From Nitrosopumilus sp. (GTDB lineage: Archaea; Thermoproteota; Nitrososphaeria; Nitrososphaerales; Nitrosopumilaceae), in the NCBI GenBank assembly GCA_965205675.1, contig OZ242186.1:192001-256000 (forward strand): 64,000 nucleotides of DNA. Reading direction: 5' to 3'. This document shows, piece after piece, positions 20,302 through 31,590 of the stretch (position 1 is the first letter of the stretch; the number at the start of each line of letters is the position of its first letter). Position numbers and translations under genes: made by a program. The notes under the pieces were generated by a model that was not told the origin of the DNA, searched no databases, and saw only the letters and a program-made list of their open reading frames with translations.

Positions 20302-21447
20302 TAGTTAAGGCATTAAATATTTGAACACTTTAACAACTCGAACCGCTCCATTGTCTAGTCTCTTCTGCATGTGTTTTCTCATTTCAGTTCCATTTGCAAA
20401 GAATGTATTGGCATTACCATTTTTCTCTTCTCTCCACTGTATCTCAATTGGATTGAGTTCTGGAGTGTATGCAGGAAAATATCTAATTATTACTTTATTT
20501 TTTGGTGCTTTGAGAAATTCTTTTACTCGGACACTTTTGTGGTATGATGCATTATCTGCAAACAGTAACAATTTCTTACCAAATTGTTTTTGCAGTGATT
20601 CTAAAAAATCAAGAAATGAGTCTGTGTTTGATTTATCATAGAACCTGCAAAAAAATACACCGTTATTGCCCAATGCACCAAATGATTGAAATTTTTCTCG
20701 AGTGTAATTAATTGGTGTGGTAATGTTATTGCCTGCAAGATACCATCCGCGCTTTATGTTGGGTGCTACTTTATTTGTTGACTCGTCCAGACATAGTGTG
20801 GTGTATCCCAATTTGGAATATTTTTTGATACTCCTTTTTGCGTTTTTTTAAAACGGGTTTGTTCCTCTTTTGAGGCTGATTTGTGATGAGTCTGTCTTGG
20901 TTTTTTAGATGAGAATCCGATTCTGTGCAGCAATTCACGCATTCCTCTTGCAGAGTATAGCGTGTTGTATTTTTTATTCACATGTGTAATTACCATTCTT
21001 GTACTCCACATGAATTGATTGAATCCAAACTTTTCTGGACCTGAAATTAGATCACCTCTTAATGACACTAGTTGTTTTTTATTTAAGAAACATCTAGAGC
21101 CAGAATATTTCTTGCGGCGTGATGCAGTTATTCCCTCTTTATCCATTCGATTTAGCCAGTAGGACAGAGTTGATGGTATGACATCCAAACTGGCACATAT
21201 CACAGAATACGGAATATCTTGTTTTCTTAGTATTGCAGCCTTTAATCTTATCTTCGCTTTTGCATTTTTTTCATTCTTGCATGTTTTTCTTAAAAAATTA
21301 ATGCTTGTTCCTTTCATGAAATGGCTTCCTGAAGATACCATTAATGCTTTAGTTTGTTTTGACATGATTCTGTAAGTATAAACTATGATCTAGATCTTTT
21401 GGGTTAAAATAGTTGATAATTCGTTCAAAATTTATATGCCTAAACTA
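20302..21447 (-). mobile_element. IS630-family element type B (ORFs 20766-21365 and 20305-20811, probable -1 frameshift)
   Basis: IRs tagttaaggcat / atgcctaaacta with TA flanks; LDES, DNASYH and PELNPIE motifs; TTTAAAAAAA slippery run at the ORF overlap. Confidence 0.92.
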
Positions 21448-21508
21448 TAGAAAGTGGGATAAAGTAATATGGATTATATGTTAGGATTTTACCGTATTAA
21501 ATAATAAC

Positions 21509-23528
21509 ATGAAAAATTTAACAAAAAAGACACAAACAATTTTGTTTGCAGGAATAATTACTGCAATGATTCCTGCCCTTTAGTACGATGAATGTCGTAG
21601 ATGCTCAGAATGTCCCAGGAGAGGATTCTACAGATGAGATTGGACCAGTAGGAGTTGTTGATGAATTAACAGTACTAGATTCTGTATTAGATGACTATTT
21701 AGAGGAATTAGAAGTTGAACAAGATGTAGAATATACAGAATATTTGGATACTGCAGTTACTAGATTAGAAATTGCAAAAGCAATGATGCAGGTTTCAAAA
21801 AATTCTACTGATATTGCAATGAAATATCAAAACCACACTGTTCTAGAACTGCTTGTCCTTCTTGATCAAACATATGGACCTGAGGATTATCCTGCAACTA
21901 ACAGTGATAACAATTCAACACATACAAACATAGACATGCTAACTGAAAATAATCATGTATCTGGACTTTATTTTGTTAGTCATAGTACGCCAGAAGTTGA
22001 TGTGTTGAATTACAACAACCATCACCAAAAACAATATGATTGTATGGACAGAATAACCCTTACAGGTAAATCTTTATTGGTCTGGTCCCCTCTAGAGTAG
22101 GACCGGTAGCATACATACACTTTTCAGATAACTTGGGAGGCTTACCCTCATGGTAAAGAGCAAATTCACATCAGCAGAAAAGTCAAGAGTGGTTTTAGAG
22201 TCACTAAACACAAACATTGCAACTGCAGAGTTGTGCAGAAAGTACAATATTCATCCACAGACATTCTACCAATGGAGGGAACGATTTGTAGAAGGTGGCA
22301 AGGCATCATTAAATGGCACACCAAACGGAGATGTCTGCAAGAATCTGCAAAAGGAAAATGATTCCCTCAAAAAACTAATCGGCGAGATCACAATTGCCAA
22401 TGACATTTTAAAAAAAACGTTGGAGAACCAGAAAAGATGACTGCAGTGAATCAACTGAACAAACACATCAGTTTGAACAAGTCATTGTTATTAATTGGAG
22501 TCTCAAAATGCAAATGGTATTACTCAAAGTCACCAAGAAGGATTCAGACAGATCCTGCAGTAACTGATGTAGTTCAAAAGATTGGAAAACAAAGGCCAAC
22601 TTATGGAACCAGACGCATGGCATCCCAAGTCTCAAGGGAACTGAACAAGCCTGTAAACAGAAAACAAATCAGAAGAATATTTCACAAATTGGGCTGGATT
22701 GAGCCTAAAAAGACCAAAAATGACATCATCAAATCTGCCAGAACATTATTCAAGCCTGATGCACCAAACCAGTTGTGGCAGACAGACATCACCTATGTCT
22801 GGTGTGGAGTTGACAGATGGTGCTACTGCTTTAACGTGATTGATGCATTTAGCAGGAAATGGATTTGGCATTCATTTGATGTGGCAGCTCCAAAGAGCAC
22901 TGCAATTAACAGCATCATTAATGCAGTAGCTACTGCAAAGCCTGATTGCACAAAACTGATTCTCAGAACTGACAACGGTTCGCAATACAACAGCCGAGAT
23001 TTCAGAAAAGCAGTTGTTCTACTTGGAATAAGACACGAATTCATCTGGCACCACACGCCAGAACAAAACGGACATGTCGAATCATTCCACAAGACACTCA
23101 AGAAGGAATACTTGTGGAGGTACGAGTTTGCAAACTATCAGGAAGCCGAAGTTGCTCTAGAGAAAGCACGAATCGATTACAATGGTTCCAGGATTCATTC
23201 AGCGTTAGGATACCTTACTCCTGATGAATTCATGGAGTTATGGGAGATGAAAACATAAATGAATCAGACTGTATGTAAGATTATGCAAAAAGTGGTACTA
23301 AAAACAGGGGTCCACTCCATTATCTGTCTTAACATCATACTCAGACAACACTGCAACGATTACTGGTACATTTGATTATCCAGAAGATATGGATAAAAAT
23401 ATCAGAGAACGAAGAAGTAATGAATGCTTGAGTTTTGAACACGATGAAACAGTAAAACGACATGATGTTATGATATCCCTTGATCCTAGAGAAATAATAC
23501 GAGCTCAAGTGTGTACTTTGACGGAATC
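21509..23528 (+). pseudogene. Third shared-leader secreted protein, disrupted by a +1 frameshift, IS3 and ISH3
   Basis: ATG 21509 MKNLTKKTQTILFAGIITAMI; extra C near 21572; frame continues across IS3 (GKSL|SVLTSYSDN...) up to ISH3 at 23529. Confidence 0.75.
22078..23319 (+). mobile_element. IS3-family element, copy 2 (orfA 22150-22440, orfB 22437-23258)
   Basis: Proteins identical to copy 1; 4-bp TSD TTAT at 22074-22077 and 23320-23323. Confidence 0.96.
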
Positions 23529-24846
23529 CAGTAGATGGGAAAGTAACTCAATTTAGATCAAAAACTATCAATTATTCAATCAATCTATTCAGATAGAAAA
23601 AGCTTGATGGAAGTATGTCACTCCATCAAATATGCATTGTACTTCATTTGATACCATGACACACCAAGGCGTGATACCATCTAAAGCATTTGAGATTATC
23701 ACTAAAATAATGTACAATATCTTATTGTTTCCATGCTCTAGTAAAAATAACTCACGGTTCCACAATGCTGATGCACACAATTCTATCATGTCATTGTGTT
23801 TGGGAAATTCATATTCTGAATCTGGATTAAAGAGACTGGCAATGGAATCATATAATGCTTCTCCAACTGGTTCATGGTTGAGAAAAATCATATCAAAAAT
23901 ATCACAAAAAACAATGCAAATTCAATTACATCAGTCACTAGATAGTACAGTATCAAAATTACGAGAACTGGGAGTATTGGAACAACCAGTTACTGTAGCA
24001 ATTGACAAACATCTAATCCCAAGATATGACAAATTGCCAAACCATTCTTTAATAAAATCAAAATCTAAAAACAGTACTACTCATTTTGAGAGTTACTGCA
24101 CCATGCAGTGCGTTGAAAAAAGAATCAGGGCTCAACTAGGTTGTTATCCTTTGTATGACAACAAATCAAATGCCGATTTTGTGCGTAAATTACTCTCTGA
24201 TGGCATCAATAATGGAATCAAGATTAAACTATTGCTAGTGGATAGGGAGTTTTTCACAGCTGGAACAATTTCAGAAATAACACAAAAGAATCTGAAATTT
24301 CTAATGCCTGCAAAAAGAATTCTCGAGTCAAAGATGCCATTTTACAATACGTTAATGGAGATAGAAAGTCAATCTCGCCATACACAATAAAATCATCATC
24401 AGGACATGTAGAATCATTTAATCTAGTTATTCTGCCAAACAAAAATGCAAGAAAAAAATCAGATATTATTGATCAGTATGTTGTGTTTGCAACAAACGTT
24501 TCACCAAAAGAAATATCATATAACATACAAAACATTCCAACTGACTACAAGAAACGTTGGGGGATTGAAACAGGCTATGCATGTGTGGGAAGGTTCAGAC
24601 CAAAAACCACCAGTTCAAACCAATCCATAAGATTGTTGTATTTCTACTATTCATTGATTTTGTACAATGCATGGATAATTGCTAATTTGATTATCTCAGA
24701 AGAAACTAATGTACAAAATCACAAACCAATAATATCAATTGAAATTCTCAAATATTTCTTTGTAAAGATAATTATTCATTACTTTAGAAATAACAAAAAT
24801 AATTATTTTCTAGAATGTGTAACTTGAGTTACTTTCCCATCTACTG
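23529..24846 (+). mobile_element. ISH3-like (IS4 superfamily) element, transposase frameshifted near 24320
   Basis: Perfect 23-bp TIR cagtagatgggaaagtaactcaa; AIDKH, LVDREF, YKKRWGIETGY motifs. Confidence 0.88.
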
Positions 24847-24886
24847 AAAATAAACAAAATTATAAGTATTTCCACATGGATTGTAG

Positions 24887-24971
24887 TGCGGGAGGTGGGA
24901 TTTGAACCCACGAAATCCTAAGATATAGGGTCCTAAGCCCTACGCCTTTGACCAGGCTGGGCGACTCCCGC
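24887..24971 (-). tRNA. tRNA-Leu(TAG)
   Basis: GCGGGAG acceptor, TAGGG-CTTAGGA-CCCTA anticodon arm, long variable arm, GTTCAAATCC T-loop. Confidence 0.95.
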
Positions 24972-25019
24972 AATGAATTTGCCATTAAACACAAATTTAT
25001 CTATTATTGCGTAGTTATT

Positions 25020-26369
25020 ATGGCGAAATTTTTTGGAACAAACGGAATTCGTGGAATCTTTGATGATGATTTTACATTAGAATTCATTCATGATATGACA
25101 CTTGCAATTGGAACATATTTTGGAAAAAGATCTGTATTGATTGGATATGATGGACGAGAATCAAGTCCTGCTATATGTAAGGTAGTTAGTTCTGCTCTGA
25201 ATTCAATAGGAATTGATTGCAATGTTGCAGGTATTGTTCCAACTCCTTGTCTTGAATATGCAGTAAAGAGTTTAGGATATTCTAGTGGATTTATGATTAC
25301 TGCATCCCATAATCCTCCACAATACAATGGAATCAAACCTGTTGCTAGTGATGGAGTTGAAATTTCACGTGAAGATGAACTAGTCATTGAAGATATCTAC
25401 TTGCAAAAAAAATGGCTAGCCAAACCTACAAAATGGGGAATTACAGGAACTGAAAATAGAGCCATTGCAACATATCTTAAAGGAATCATTTCTCATGTTG
25501 ATTCTAGACTAATAGAATCAAAACATTTCAAAGTCGTTTTAGATTTAGGAAACGGCGCACAAACAGTATCTGCACCTAATTTTTGTGAATTACTTGGCTG
25601 TGAAACATTTCTTGTCAATCAAAAATTAGATGGTGAATTCCCAGGACGTGGATCTGAGCCAACTCCACAAAATCTTTCTGTACTTTCACAAACAGTACGA
25701 GAAAATAATGCAGATGTAGGAATTGCGTTTGACGGTGATGGTGATCGAAGTATGTTTTGTGATAATAATGGAGATATCTTAACTGGAGACAGATCTGCAC
25801 TTGTACTTTCACAACATATCTTAAAGAAAAATCCAAACTCTTTGATAGTAACTTGTTTGAATTCTGATTCTAACATTGAAGTTTTAGCTGATAAATTCAA
25901 TTCTAAAGTTATTCGAACCAAAGTAGGAAGTGTTGAAGTTTCAAGAAAGATGGTTTCAACTGATGCACTAATTGGGTTTGAAGAAAATGGGGGTTTTATG
26001 TATGGAAAACACAATCAAGTTCGAGACGGATGTATGGCTTTGGCACTAATGCTTGATTTACTTGCAGTATCTGAAAAATCCTTGGTCGAAGAAATTGTTA
26101 ATTTACCTCCTTCTTTTACCGCCAAAGACAAAGTTTTGTGTGCTACAGAAAAAGTTCCAAAATTGATTTCCTCCCTCAAAGAAGAGTTCCCCAATTCTGA
26201 TACTTCTGATGGCATCAAGATTATAATTGATCTTGAAAATTGGGTGATGATTAGACCTAGTGGAACTGAACCAGTTGTTAGAGTATATGCAGAAGCTGAA
26301 AGTCAGGAGAAATTAGATATTTTGATGTCTGAATTTCTTGTAAAAATTAACTCTATAATTTCCAGATAA
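25020..26369 (+). CDS. glmM: Phosphoglucosamine mutase / phosphomannomutase family
   Basis: FFGTNGIRG, ITASHNP, FDGDGDR, IRPSGTEP; start set at ATG 25020. Confidence 0.88.
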   Translation: MAKFFGTNGIRGIFDDDFTLEFIHDMTLAIGTYFGKRSVLIGYDGRESSPAICKVVSSALNSIGIDCNVAGIVPTPCLEYAVKSLGYSSGFMITASHNPPQYNGIKPVASDGVEISREDELVIEDIYLQKKWLAKPTKWGITGTENRAIATYLKGIISHVDSRLIESKHFKVVLDLGNGAQTVSAPNFCELLGCETFLVNQKLDGEFPGRGSEPTPQNLSVLSQTVRENNADVGIAFDGDGDRSMFCDNNGDILTGDRSALVLSQHILKKNPNSLIVTCLNSDSNIEVLADKFNSKVIRTKVGSVEVSRKMVSTDALIGFEENGGFMYGKHNQVRDGCMALALMLDLLAVSEKSLVEEIVNLPPSFTAKDKVLCATEKVPKLISSLKEEFPNSDTSDGIKIIIDLENWVMIRPSGTEPVVRVYAEAESQEKLDILMSEFLVKINSIISR

Positions 26370-26431
26370 CACTTTTAAAACCAAACGCATCGATGGATAG
26401 AATGGAGAATGAACCCCTAGGGTGACGAAAT

Positions 26432-26818
26432 ATGGGAAAAGCATATTATGTTAAATTTGAGACGCCAGAAGACCTCGTTAATCCAATCTTAGAGGCCATT
26501 AGAGTATCATCTACTAGTGGTAAAGTCAAGAAAGGAACCAACGAAGCAACCAAGGCAATTGAACGTGGTACTAGTAAACTAATTGTAATCGCTGAAGATG
26601 TTGAACCGCCAGAGGTAGTTGCTCATCTTCCAATTCTTTGTGAGGAACAAGGAGCAGCATATGCATTTGTACCAAGCAAAGATGAATTAGGCAAATCATT
26701 AGGTATTGATATTACTTCTGCCGCTGCAGCAATTTTGGATGCAGGTGATGCACAGCACATTGTAGATCAAGTTGTATCATCCATAGCTAAAATTAAAGGC
26801 GGTAAAACTGAAGAATGA
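26432..26818 (+). CDS. rpl7ae: 50S ribosomal protein L7Ae
   Basis: [25 protein letters not shown]. Confidence 0.97.
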   Translation: MGKAYYVKFETPEDLVNPILEAIRVSSTSGKVKKGTNEATKAIERGTSKLIVIAEDVEPPEVVAHLPILCEEQGAAYAFVPSKDELGKSLGIDITSAAAAILDAGDAQHIVDQVVSSIAKIKGGKTEE

Positions 26819-27027
26819 GCACAACAACTGATGAAGTAGTTCAATCTGAAATTATACAAATTGTTGGTAGAACTGGTATTGCTGGTGAGGTAATTCAAGT
26901 TAGAGTTAAAGTTCTTACAGGTAAAGATAAAGGAAGAATCCTTACAAGAAATGTCAAAGGCTCTGTTAGAATGGGGGAAATTCTTATGCTAAGAGAAACT
27001 GAAAGAGAAGCAAAGAAAATCAAATAG
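26815..27027 (+). CDS. rps28e: 30S ribosomal protein S28e
   Basis: [24 protein letters not shown]. Confidence 0.97.
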   Translation: MSTTTDEVVQSEIIQIVGRTGIAGEVIQVRVKVLTGKDKGRILTRNVKGSVRMGEILMLRETEREAKKIK

Positions 27028-27035
27028 GTGTTAAG

Positions 27036-27236
27036 ATGAGTCTTTTAGTTAAACCATGTAATTTCTGCAATAGACCTGTTGTAAAAGGATCTGGTACTAT
27101 GCTTGCTAAAAATGATGGAACTGTCTTATGGTTCTGTTCTGCAAAATGTAAAAAAAATGCTTTAATCTTAAAACGTGATCCAAGAAAGCTAAAATGGACA
27201 AAAAAATACGTTAAAGGTGGAATTAGAAAGAAATAG
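27036..27236 (+). CDS. rpl24e: 50S ribosomal protein L24e
   Basis: CNFC...FCSAKC...PRKLKWT. Confidence 0.96.
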   Translation: MSLLVKPCNFCNRPVVKGSGTMLAKNDGTVLWFCSAKCKKNALILKRDPRKLKWTKKYVKGGIRKK

Positions 27237-27238
27237 AA

Positions 27239-27640
27239 TTGACTGAACAATCATTATTCATTGTAAAACCTGATGCCGTAGCTAGAAATCTAGTTGGCGA
27301 AGTTGTATCAAGATTTGAAAGAAAAGGATTCAAACTTTTGAAACTAAAAATGTTTACATTCACTCAAGCACAAGCTGAAAATTTTTATGGTATTCATAAA
27401 GACAAATCCTTCTTTGGAGAGTTGACATCGTTTATTATATCGGGACCTGTCGTAGCTGCAATTATTGAAGGAAACAATGCAATTGCAACTACAAGAATTA
27501 TGATTGGCGCAACAAAATCCTTTGAAGCAGACCCTGGTTCTATAAGAGGAGATTTTGGATTAGGATTTAGTGAAAATATTATTCATGCATCAGATTCACA
27601 AGAAAGTTTTGATCACGAATCGAGGGTAGCATTTGAGTGA
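27239..27640 (+). CDS. ndk: Nucleoside diphosphate kinase
   Basis: KPDAV, PGSIRGDF, NIIHASDS. Confidence 0.97.
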   Translation: MTEQSLFIVKPDAVARNLVGEVVSRFERKGFKLLKLKMFTFTQAQAENFYGIHKDKSFFGELTSFIISGPVVAAIIEGNNAIATTRIMIGATKSFEADPGSIRGDFGLGFSENIIHASDSQESFDHESRVAFE

Positions 27641-27646
27641 TCTGAT

Positions 27647-29428
27647 TTGCAAATTCGTCAGCCCATAGTGGCAGTTCTTGGTCACGTAGACTCTGGAAAA
27701 ACATCCCTATTAGACAGAATTCGTGGAACCGCCGTTCAAGGTAGAGAAGCAGGTGGAATTACACAACATATTGGTGCAAGTTTTCTTCCGACTGAGACAA
27801 TCAAAGAAATGTGTGGCTCTCTATACAAAAAACTAGAAGAATCAGAAAACAAAGTTCCCGGAATTTTAGTTATTGACACACCAGGACACGAAGTTTTTAC
27901 AAATCTTCGTTCTCGAGGAGGTTCAGCAGCTGATATTGCAATATTGGTAGTTGATGTTAATCGAGGATTCCAACCACAAACAAATGAAAGTTTAAAGATT
28001 TTACAAAGCAGAAGAGTTCCCTTTGTTGTTGCCCTAAACAAATGTGATCAGATATCTGGATGGAGAAAATCTGAAACAAAATTCATCTCACAATCAATCA
28101 AAGAACAAGATGCATCAGTTCAAGCTGATTTAGATCAAAAACTGTATGATGTTGTAGGAACTTTATCTATTCTAGGATACAAATCAGAAGCATTCTATCG
28201 CATAGAGGATTTTAAATCAGAAATTGCCATAGTTCCAATTTCTGCTCGTTCAGGAGTGGGAATTCCTGAACTACTCAGCGTTTTAGTTGGATTAACTCAA
28301 CAATATCTCAAAAAAAGACTAGATCAGGAAGAAAAAGAACCTCGGGGGATTGTACTTGAAGTAAAAGATGAAGTCGGATTGGGACAAATTGCAAATGTAA
28401 TCCTAATTGATGGCGTAATTAAAAAAGAAAATAGCATTGTTGTTGCAAAACGTAATTCGATAATTGTCACAAAACCCAAAGCACTACTTTTACCAAAACC
28501 TCTTGATGAGATGCGTGATCCTCGTGATAAATTCAAACCAGTTCCTCAAGTCAAGGCAGCAGCTGGGTTGAAAATTGCATCACCGGAGTTAGAAGGAGTC
28601 TTACCTGGAAGTACTCTTTATGTTGCATCAAGTAATGAGGAGATTGAAAAATACATCAAACTCATAGAATCTGAAATGAAATCGGTCTTTGTTGATACTG
28701 AAACTAATGGAGTTATTTTAAAATGTGATACTATAGGTTCACTTGAAGCTATAATGGAAATGTTAAAACGTTCTCAAGTTCCTGTTGCCAAAGCTGACAT
28801 CGGTCCTATAACTAGACGGGATGTAATTGAAGCAAAAGCTATCAAAGAAAAAAATAGACATTTAGGAGTTGTTTTGGCATTTAATGTGAAGGTTTTACAT
28901 GATGCAAAAGAAGAATCAGAAGTTAGTCACATCAAATTATTTGAAGATAAAGTCATTTACAGTCTAATTGATAATTATAATACTTGGGTAGAAAAAGATT
29001 CTGCAAATGAAGAAGATATGATGTTTGCAGAATTGACACCAATTTCAAAATTCTCTTTTATGAAAGGAATGGTTTTCAGAAATAATAATCCTGCAGTCTT
29101 TGGTGTCCGAGTAGACGTTGGAAATCTAAAACACAAAATCCCCTTTATGAATATGGCCGGACGTAAAGTTGGATACATACATCAGCTTCAACTAGATAAA
29201 AAGACCGTATCTTCTGCAAAAACCGGAGATGAGGTTGCATGTTCTGTTAAAGATGTTACAATTGGTCGACAAATTTTTGAAGAAGAAGTATACTATACGT
29301 TTCCTCCATCACATGAGGCAAAACACATTCTCAATAAATTTATACACAAGCTTAGTCCTGAAGAACAACAAGTATTCAACGATATTGTAAGAATTCAAAG
29401 AAAAATAGAACCAGTTTACGCATATTGA
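27647..29428 (+). CDS. infB: Translation initiation factor aIF5B (IF-2)
   Basis: GHVDSGKT, EAGGITQHIGA, DTPGHE, NKCD. Confidence 0.97.
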   Translation: MQIRQPIVAVLGHVDSGKTSLLDRIRGTAVQGREAGGITQHIGASFLPTETIKEMCGSLYKKLEESENKVPGILVIDTPGHEVFTNLRSRGGSAADIAILVVDVNRGFQPQTNESLKILQSRRVPFVVALNKCDQISGWRKSETKFISQSIKEQDASVQADLDQKLYDVVGTLSILGYKSEAFYRIEDFKSEIAIVPISARSGVGIPELLSVLVGLTQQYLKKRLDQEEKEPRGIVLEVKDEVGLGQIANVILIDGVIKKENSIVVAKRNSIIVTKPKALLLPKPLDEMRDPRDKFKPVPQVKAAAGLKIASPELEGVLPGSTLYVASSNEEIEKYIKLIESEMKSVFVDTETNGVILKCDTIGSLEAIMEMLKRSQVPVAKADIGPITRRDVIEAKAIKEKNRHLGVVLAFNVKVLHDAKEESEVSHIKLFEDKVIYSLIDNYNTWVEKDSANEEDMMFAELTPISKFSFMKGMVFRNNNPAVFGVRVDVGNLKHKIPFMNMAGRKVGYIHQLQLDKKTVSSAKTGDEVACSVKDVTIGRQIFEEEVYYTFPPSHEAKHILNKFIHKLSPEEQQVFNDIVRIQRKIEPVYAY

Positions 29429-29529
29429 TATTTTTACTAGATTACGTATTCATTTAGAGTTCAAATCATTTTTGATCTTTATTGTTTTGCTTGTTAACTG
29501 AATAGATTTAGAAGATATGTCTCAAACTA

Positions 29530-30619
29530 TACCTTGGAGCATAATTCTTTGCAATTTTTCAAAACAAATAGCAATACTTTTTGATCAGTAGTTAGAAATA
29601 ATTTCATGGACATTACAAATGACGAGTTACTCCAGGCCTACAAAAAAGAAAAGTACGGTAAGAAAAAGGAAAGACTGCATGCAATGTGTAAGATTAAAAT
29701 CAACGAATCCACAATTGCTGAAACTGCCAACCAAATGTTTTGTACCTACAACTCTGTAAGGAACTGGCTAGATTCATTTGAAAAATATGGATTGGAGGGC
29801 CTGGAGGATCTCCCTCGTTCTGGCCGTCCGCCATTAATTTCACACAAAAAATTACAAAAAATAGAGCGTACATTTAAGAAAATTTCAGACGGCATGACTC
29901 CAAAAAAACTGATACAATTCATATTTTACAGAACACGCATTACATATCATATCACTCACGTGCGTCGTTTGATGCATAAATGGAATCTAAAACCAAAGGT
30001 TCCACAAAAACTACATGTACGTGCCGCATCCAAGGATGTATGTCGCAAGTGGAAAAACCGCATCATTTCACGCATAGAAAAGGCAAAAAAGAAAGGTTTT
30101 ACAGTATTTATCCAAGACGAATCAGTATTTGTAGACGATGTACGTCTTGGCAAAAAATACTGGACAGATGCACACCAAAGATTAATTGTGCATTGGAGAG
30201 GATCACATCAAAGATTTTTGGTTTATGGAAATGATGATAATCAAAGTTTTTTTAGATCGTATGAAAAATTTAATTCAATTGCATTTATAGATTATTTGGA
30301 AGCAGCTCGTAGAAAATTTGGAAAAATATTTGTTATCGTCGATAGAGCACCGCAACACAAAGCTAATGATGTAAAAAAATATCTGCGTAAAAACAAAGAT
30401 GTTAAACTGGCATATCTTCCAAGAGGTTCTCCACATTTGAGTATGATTGAAGAGATTTGGAGACAGTGCAAACATGTTAATGTTGAATCAGAATTTTATG
30501 AATCTATTCATGAAATGAGGTATACAGTTATGGAATATTTTAGAACGCACAAATTTAATTTGAATATGTATCAGTATTTTGCAAGAACAATAAATTGAAA
30601 AGACTTATGATCTGGGGTA
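29530..30619 (+). mobile_element. IS630-family element type A, copy 2 (single ORF 29606-30598)
   Basis: 330-aa DDE transposase; TA duplication on both sides. Confidence 0.95.
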
Positions 30620-30952
30620 TAAGTGATGCTTTGCAAATTTTTTTTGAATTTGTACTCTAGTATTTTTTTATTTGTTCATACAGATCATTGCCAATAACTA
30701 CATTGTCAACTTTACAAGCATGCTAACACACAATTGTTTTGAACCTCAGAATTTATACGTCGAGTTCATCTTCATTTTCTAATATAATAATCTGTTTTAG
30801 AATATATTTTAGACTCTTTAACATAGTACCAAAATTATTCCGTACTTGTACTGTATGTAATCAAAATATGGATTTGCGATTAATACAGTCTACTCTCTAG
30901 AAAAAAAATAAGTGCATATTGCATGCTAGAAAAGATTAATCTAGTTTTATTG

Positions 30953-31351
30953 CTATGAATGTTTTTTACAAATCATAGAAATTCCAGGAGCTCCTACGGC
31001 TCCCATCATTTTATCTACAATTTGTCCTGATTTGAACATGATAAATGTTGGAATAGATTGAACTGCAAATTTCATTGAAATATTTTGATTTTGATCAACA
31101 TTTACTCTTGCAAATTTGATATTTGGATATTTTTTTGAAAGACTCTCAAATATTGGATGTATTGATCTACATGGACCACACCATTCCGCCCAAAAATCTA
31201 CCAACGTTGGATTCTCAGCAGATACTATTTGTTCAAAATTAGACTCATTCAAATCAATTATTCCTGGCTCTATTTTAGGCGCTGGTTTTGGTTTGAGCAC
31301 TTCCTCCATCTTTTTTTGGATAATTTTTGCAATTTCTGGATCTTCAGACAA
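30953..31351 (-). CDS. trxA: Thioredoxin
   Basis: DFWAEWCGPC. Confidence 0.93.
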   Translation of the reverse strand: MSEDPEIAKIIQKKMEEVLKPKPAPKIEPGIIDLNESNFEQIVSAENPTLVDFWAEWCGPCRSIHPIFESLSKKYPNIKFARVNVDQNQNISMKFAVQSIPTFIMFKSGQIVDKMMGAVGAPGISMICKKHS

Positions 31352-31395
31352 TATGTATCAAAAATCTGTTCTATTAAAAAATCTATGTTAAAAAA

Positions 31396-31542
31396 CTATT
31401 CTTCTTCTGTTTTCACAGGAATTGCTTCAAATCGCCTTGATTTACAGATTGGACACTGATCAATGTATTTTGTAAAGCTAACTGAAGTGTATGCAATGCC
31501 GCACTCACCACAAATTCTGAGATTTCTTCCTAGTTTTCCCAT
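31396..31542 (-). CDS. Small zinc-ribbon protein (48 aa)
   Basis: Manual translation MGKLGRNLRICGECG...DQCPICKSRRF; two CxxC. Confidence 0.7.
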   Translation of the reverse strand: MGKLGRNLRICGECGIAYTSVSFTKYIDQCPICKSRRFEAIPVKTEEE

Positions 31543-31590
31543 TAATTCAATATGAAAAAGTATTATGATTAAAACTTAGCTTTTGATTTC

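Noticed and set aside
8164-23319. Inversion between the two inverted IS3 copies
   Set aside because: Copy 2 keeps its TTAT duplication and the host reading frame continues across it, so flanks were not exchanged
24948-25019. N-terminal extension of glmM
   Set aside because: Overlaps tRNA-Leu; the family N-terminus starts at ATG 25020
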